A DNA stretch of 64,000 bases from Raillietiella orientalis. Its lineage: Eukaryota. A program made the translations under genes and the position numbers. A model generated the notes under the pieces. The model ran no database searches. It was not told the DNA's origin and worked only from the letters and a program-made list of their open reading frames with translations. The DNA lies in contig JAYWIR010000013.1 of the NCBI GenBank assembly GCA_036172245.1, positions 2,604,001 through 2,668,000 on the forward strand. Reading direction: 5' to 3'. The first letter of the stretch is position 1, and each line of letters opens with the position of its first letter. Below are positions 60,546 to 64,000 of the stretch, in pieces.

Positions 60546-61018
60546 TTTTTTTTTACATCTGCAGAATCATTGTCGTTGGCTCCGCCCGCTCTTCCGGCTT
60601 TTCCATGACGATCGGTGCGCTGCTGTTTAGTTGATAGTGGACCGATCTTTGGGTTGTCCCTTCTTCGTTATGTAGCCGACGGGGCCGCTCGCATCGTCGG
60701 GTGGATAACCCAGTCACTGCTTGTCCTGATGCAACATGCTGTGGATAGCTTCTCAACTTTTTAATGCCTAGCAGTCTTAGTGCGGTGTAGTTCTCGGGAT
60801 CCCCCGATGAAAACTTGCATGATGGCAGTTTTTCCGGAGTGGTTGATGCTGCGGATTAGTTTGATATTTTTCTTCCTTTTTCCTTCTCGCTTCCGTGAAC
60901 GCGTTTTCCTTGCCTTGGAATGGGCAAGTAACGTCCACTATGATCCGCATTCCGTGTTTTTGGAAGATGAGATTCGGCCTCAACGGGGCGTCGACTTCGG
61001 GTATCCTTTGGTCCAGTG
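60546..61018 (-). mobile_element. Partial copy of the RLE-element fragment, cut at the duplication breakpoint
   Basis: LRPNLIFQ...IIVDVTCPF...KEEKY; lacks the zinc-knuckle part present at 42573-42909. Confidence 0.85.
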
Positions 61019-62972
61019 TGCCCAGGGTACCATATTAATTAGCCGCTTCTTCGGCAACGACTTGGTACTTGGTACTTCATCGACATGGAAAAGGCTTTTG
61101 ACACAGTCGATCACGGGATGCTGCTGTAGTTGCTAGGAAGACTGGGCCTCCCGGAATACTTTAGCAACTTCGTGAGCATGATACTCCAAAGACAGCACTT
61201 CAAGATCAAGATCAACGGCGAGGAGACAGCAGTCATACGAATGGAGCGGGGAGTCCGACAGGGCGACGCTCTCAGTCCGATGCTGTTTGTCATTTATATG
61301 GAAACGCTTTCCTCGTTTATCTAACGAAGCGGCAAACTGCGAAGGATTTACATCGACCAACAGCGTCTCACCGATCTGGCGTACGCCGACGACCTACTCT
61401 TCGTCAAGGGGGAAAGGGATCAGCGAGCGTTCCTGGATGTGGAGGACATGGAAGAAGGATTGGGGCTAAGGAACAATGCCTAGAAGAGCCAATTATTGCC
61501 CGTTGGAATCCTGGATCTCTCCGCACTCATGGGGAAAGGATTCTAAACGGTGGATGTGGTGAACTACCTGGGAGTCCACATCGGCGAGGACTCAGCGTCG
61601 TAGCTGCTGTGGACGGAAATCCTCGGGAAAACAGCTGAAGAAACGGCAAAGTACACCCGGGTGGACTTTGATATGAAACGGAGGGCCAATCTTTGAAATG
61701 GTGTGCCACTTCCAAAGATTCTCTATGGAGCGGCCTTCTGCATGTTCGACAAGAACACCCGGCTCGAAGCGGAAAAGCTGCAACGGAAAACTCTTTGGCA
61801 CAAGTATTGACCAAGGGTCGGACTGAAACCGCTCTGACGTTCCAAGGAAGGAAGAAGGAGGCACCGGGATACAATCTCTAGGACACGCCGTCGACATCAC
61901 GGACGCCTCGAGAGCTCCTGGACACTGCTACCGATTGGGATGAGTGCCGTACGCCACTCATAGGGCCTACTCGTTGTTGCTGAACAACTCAAGAGGTCTG
62001 ATGACTGCCTTACTAGGCCGAGCATAGGAATGGTCATCCATCGACCCGACCTGGAGAAGAAAAGAGGCACTGGTAGAAAAGCACCAAATCAAGATCGTGC
62101 CTCGGAGCAAGTAGCCCTGGGAGGAAGAAAGCATCTTGTTGATCCCCTAAAAACTTCCGTTTTCTAGGGACACAAGGAGTTGGATCTACCAACGGCCCAG
62201 AGTCTCCCTACAGCGAATACAACAGTGGAAGCGGAATGGATTTCAGCATTACTGCGGGATACTCCGATACATGGACATGATGACGGGAAGGTTCACCCAC
62301 AAGACCCGCCAAGTGTACAAGTGCCACAACAACTAGGCGTGGTCCAGGATAACCAAGAAAAAACTACGCCGCATTATCAGAGAAGACAAGAACACCGGTG
62401 CCCTTTAGGAAGCTGTCCATCGCTACGGGGCTGACATACTCACTGTTGGCGATAGGGGCGATGCTCTGGAGGAGTGAATTACCGCTTGACGCCCAGGAAA
62501 ACCTGCTAATGTTCTATCGTGGATAAATCCTGAACGGATTCAAAATGAAATACCTCACAGGAGCAAGAGAAGACAAGGACCGCAAAACGTGCGGGGACGT
62601 GGACACAGGACTTTATGTGTTGTCCTGCCCCACAATCCATCATGACTGGAAGACTCTGAAAAGGGTGATAGGGCTCCTGAATTACCCGCTAGCGGAAGAC
62701 CTAGCCAAGATGTCCCAGGGAAGTGGAAACGTCCTCTGTTACAACCAATGGTTAGGATGACAGTTGCCCTATTCATCAACGCCATCCTCATAAGATGGTG
62801 GAAGATGAGGAACCCCAGAACAGCTGCATTTCCCCTGGAAATCATGAAAGGGGCTTTTCAGAATGAAATCAGCATGAGAAACTGTGGCACAGTGTCAGCC
62901 TGGACTTGTGGGTACATCCTGAAAAGGCTTGAAGATAATGCCCAAGCTCAGTCAACGCTCAGCCCATTCTAA
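61019..62972 (+). mobile_element. L1/Tx1-clade ORF2 reverse transcriptase and C-terminal region, pseudogenised
   Basis: DMEKAFDTVDH, GVRQGDALSPMLF, YADD and YLGV motifs; Trp-rich C-terminus; several stops and frameshifts. Confidence 0.9.
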
Positions 62973-63003
62973 TGCAGAACCCCAGTGTTGTGACTCGTAG
63001 TCA

Positions 63004-64000
63004 GTGAGCATCAAAGAGAACATAAGCGAAAGTGAGAAGTGGCTGGAATGGGTGAGTTGTAATTGGAATGAGAATAAATCTACCCCACCCCTTGTGAAAC
63101 TTGGAGGAACTTTAAATTGTGATCACGACGGCAACCGGGATTTAAAAACCTCCACCCATCTCCCACCTAGGCAGCTTGGAATACTGCTGCTGCGTTATTT
63201 CTCGTGCGTCCACAGTGGGCAAGAGATTGTGAGTGTTCAGTGGGGAACAAGATGGAGTCGCCAAAACCACGTGGATGGGCCGACCACCAAGGCCCACAGA
63301 GGAGGAAATAGCAAAGATGGAAGTAGAAGCAGCACCTTGCACTCAAGGAGCGTCGACGTCAGTAGCTGCTACAGCAGGTCAGCCGCACTGTCGTACGAGA
63401 GCGTAACCGCGTCAGCCCCACCCGCAAACCTCGCGTCGGTCGCGAGGAACGAGGTCATCGTCCGGTAACTTGTTCAAAAGGATTCAAGCCTTTTTCGGAA
63501 GTTTTGCCCAGAGGTGACCGTCGTCACCTTTCCTATGGTCCGTCTAATCAACAACGCGGTGCGAGATATTTACTTCGAGATCTACAGCAGGAACATCGAC
63601 TTTAAGTATGTTAAAGCGATCTTCCCATTCGTCGGAGGTTTCTTTGTTTACACGGACAGCCAGGACATTATCGACGACCTTGTTGAGAACGGGTTGTCCA
63701 TCAGTGGGAGGACCCTCCGAGGAATCTGGGAGCATACGGCCACGACGATCCATTTGCCAGGCCTCCATCCGATGACTGAGACCAAAGACGTGTTAGCTTA
63801 CTACCGCCAGTACGGCAAAGTGGTGCAAGTGGAAGAGAAAGCCTACCACGAATACACCTTCGAAGGAGAAGCCTTTCTAAAAATGGGGTTGTTGAAAGGG
63901 ACTCAAATATCGAGGCTCATCAACATCGATAACCATTCCAGAAACGTGGACGTAGCCTACAGGGAGTGGCCAGAATTCTGCCGCATCTGCATGACGTTCG
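63004..64000 (+). mobile_element. ORF1 of another L1/Tx1-like copy (RRM-like region and start of a zinc knuckle), runs off the window
   Basis: One frame with a single stop at 63466-63468. TIHLPGLHP...YGKVVQVE...INIDNHSRNVDVAY...FCRIC parallels IVHIDEHSQDVLVRY at about 58310. Confidence 0.8.

Larger units (their letters stand above)
53174..61018. repeat. Right arm of the inverted duplication
   Basis: Near-identical reverse complement of 42910-50729 with scattered indels and substitutions. Confidence 0.95.

Overview
Eukaryotic, probably invertebrate animal, genomic DNA with GT-AG introns. About 1-41 kb is occupied by one large minus-strand spliced gene that the ORF track largely misses. My manual reading gives a signal peptide, a hemicentin/VWA7-type VWA domain (DTTGSMG) and the beta-sandwich region that follows it, then about 37 short, symmetric phase-1 exons. 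Each of those encodes one divergent cysteine-rich module, mostly six-Cys with a CxC core, and the gene probably continues past the left edge. From 42.9 to 61.0 kb is a ~7.8 kb inverted duplication with a 2.4 kb spacer. Each arm carries a complete U1 snRNA directly followed by a degenerate L1/Tx1-type non-LTR retrotransposon (ORF1 zinc knuckles plus APE endonuclease), and a fragment of an RLE-type (NeSL/Utopia-like) element. The window ends with an L1-type RT and the ORF1 of another copy. Exon boundaries were read by eye and homologies come from remembered motifs, not database searches.
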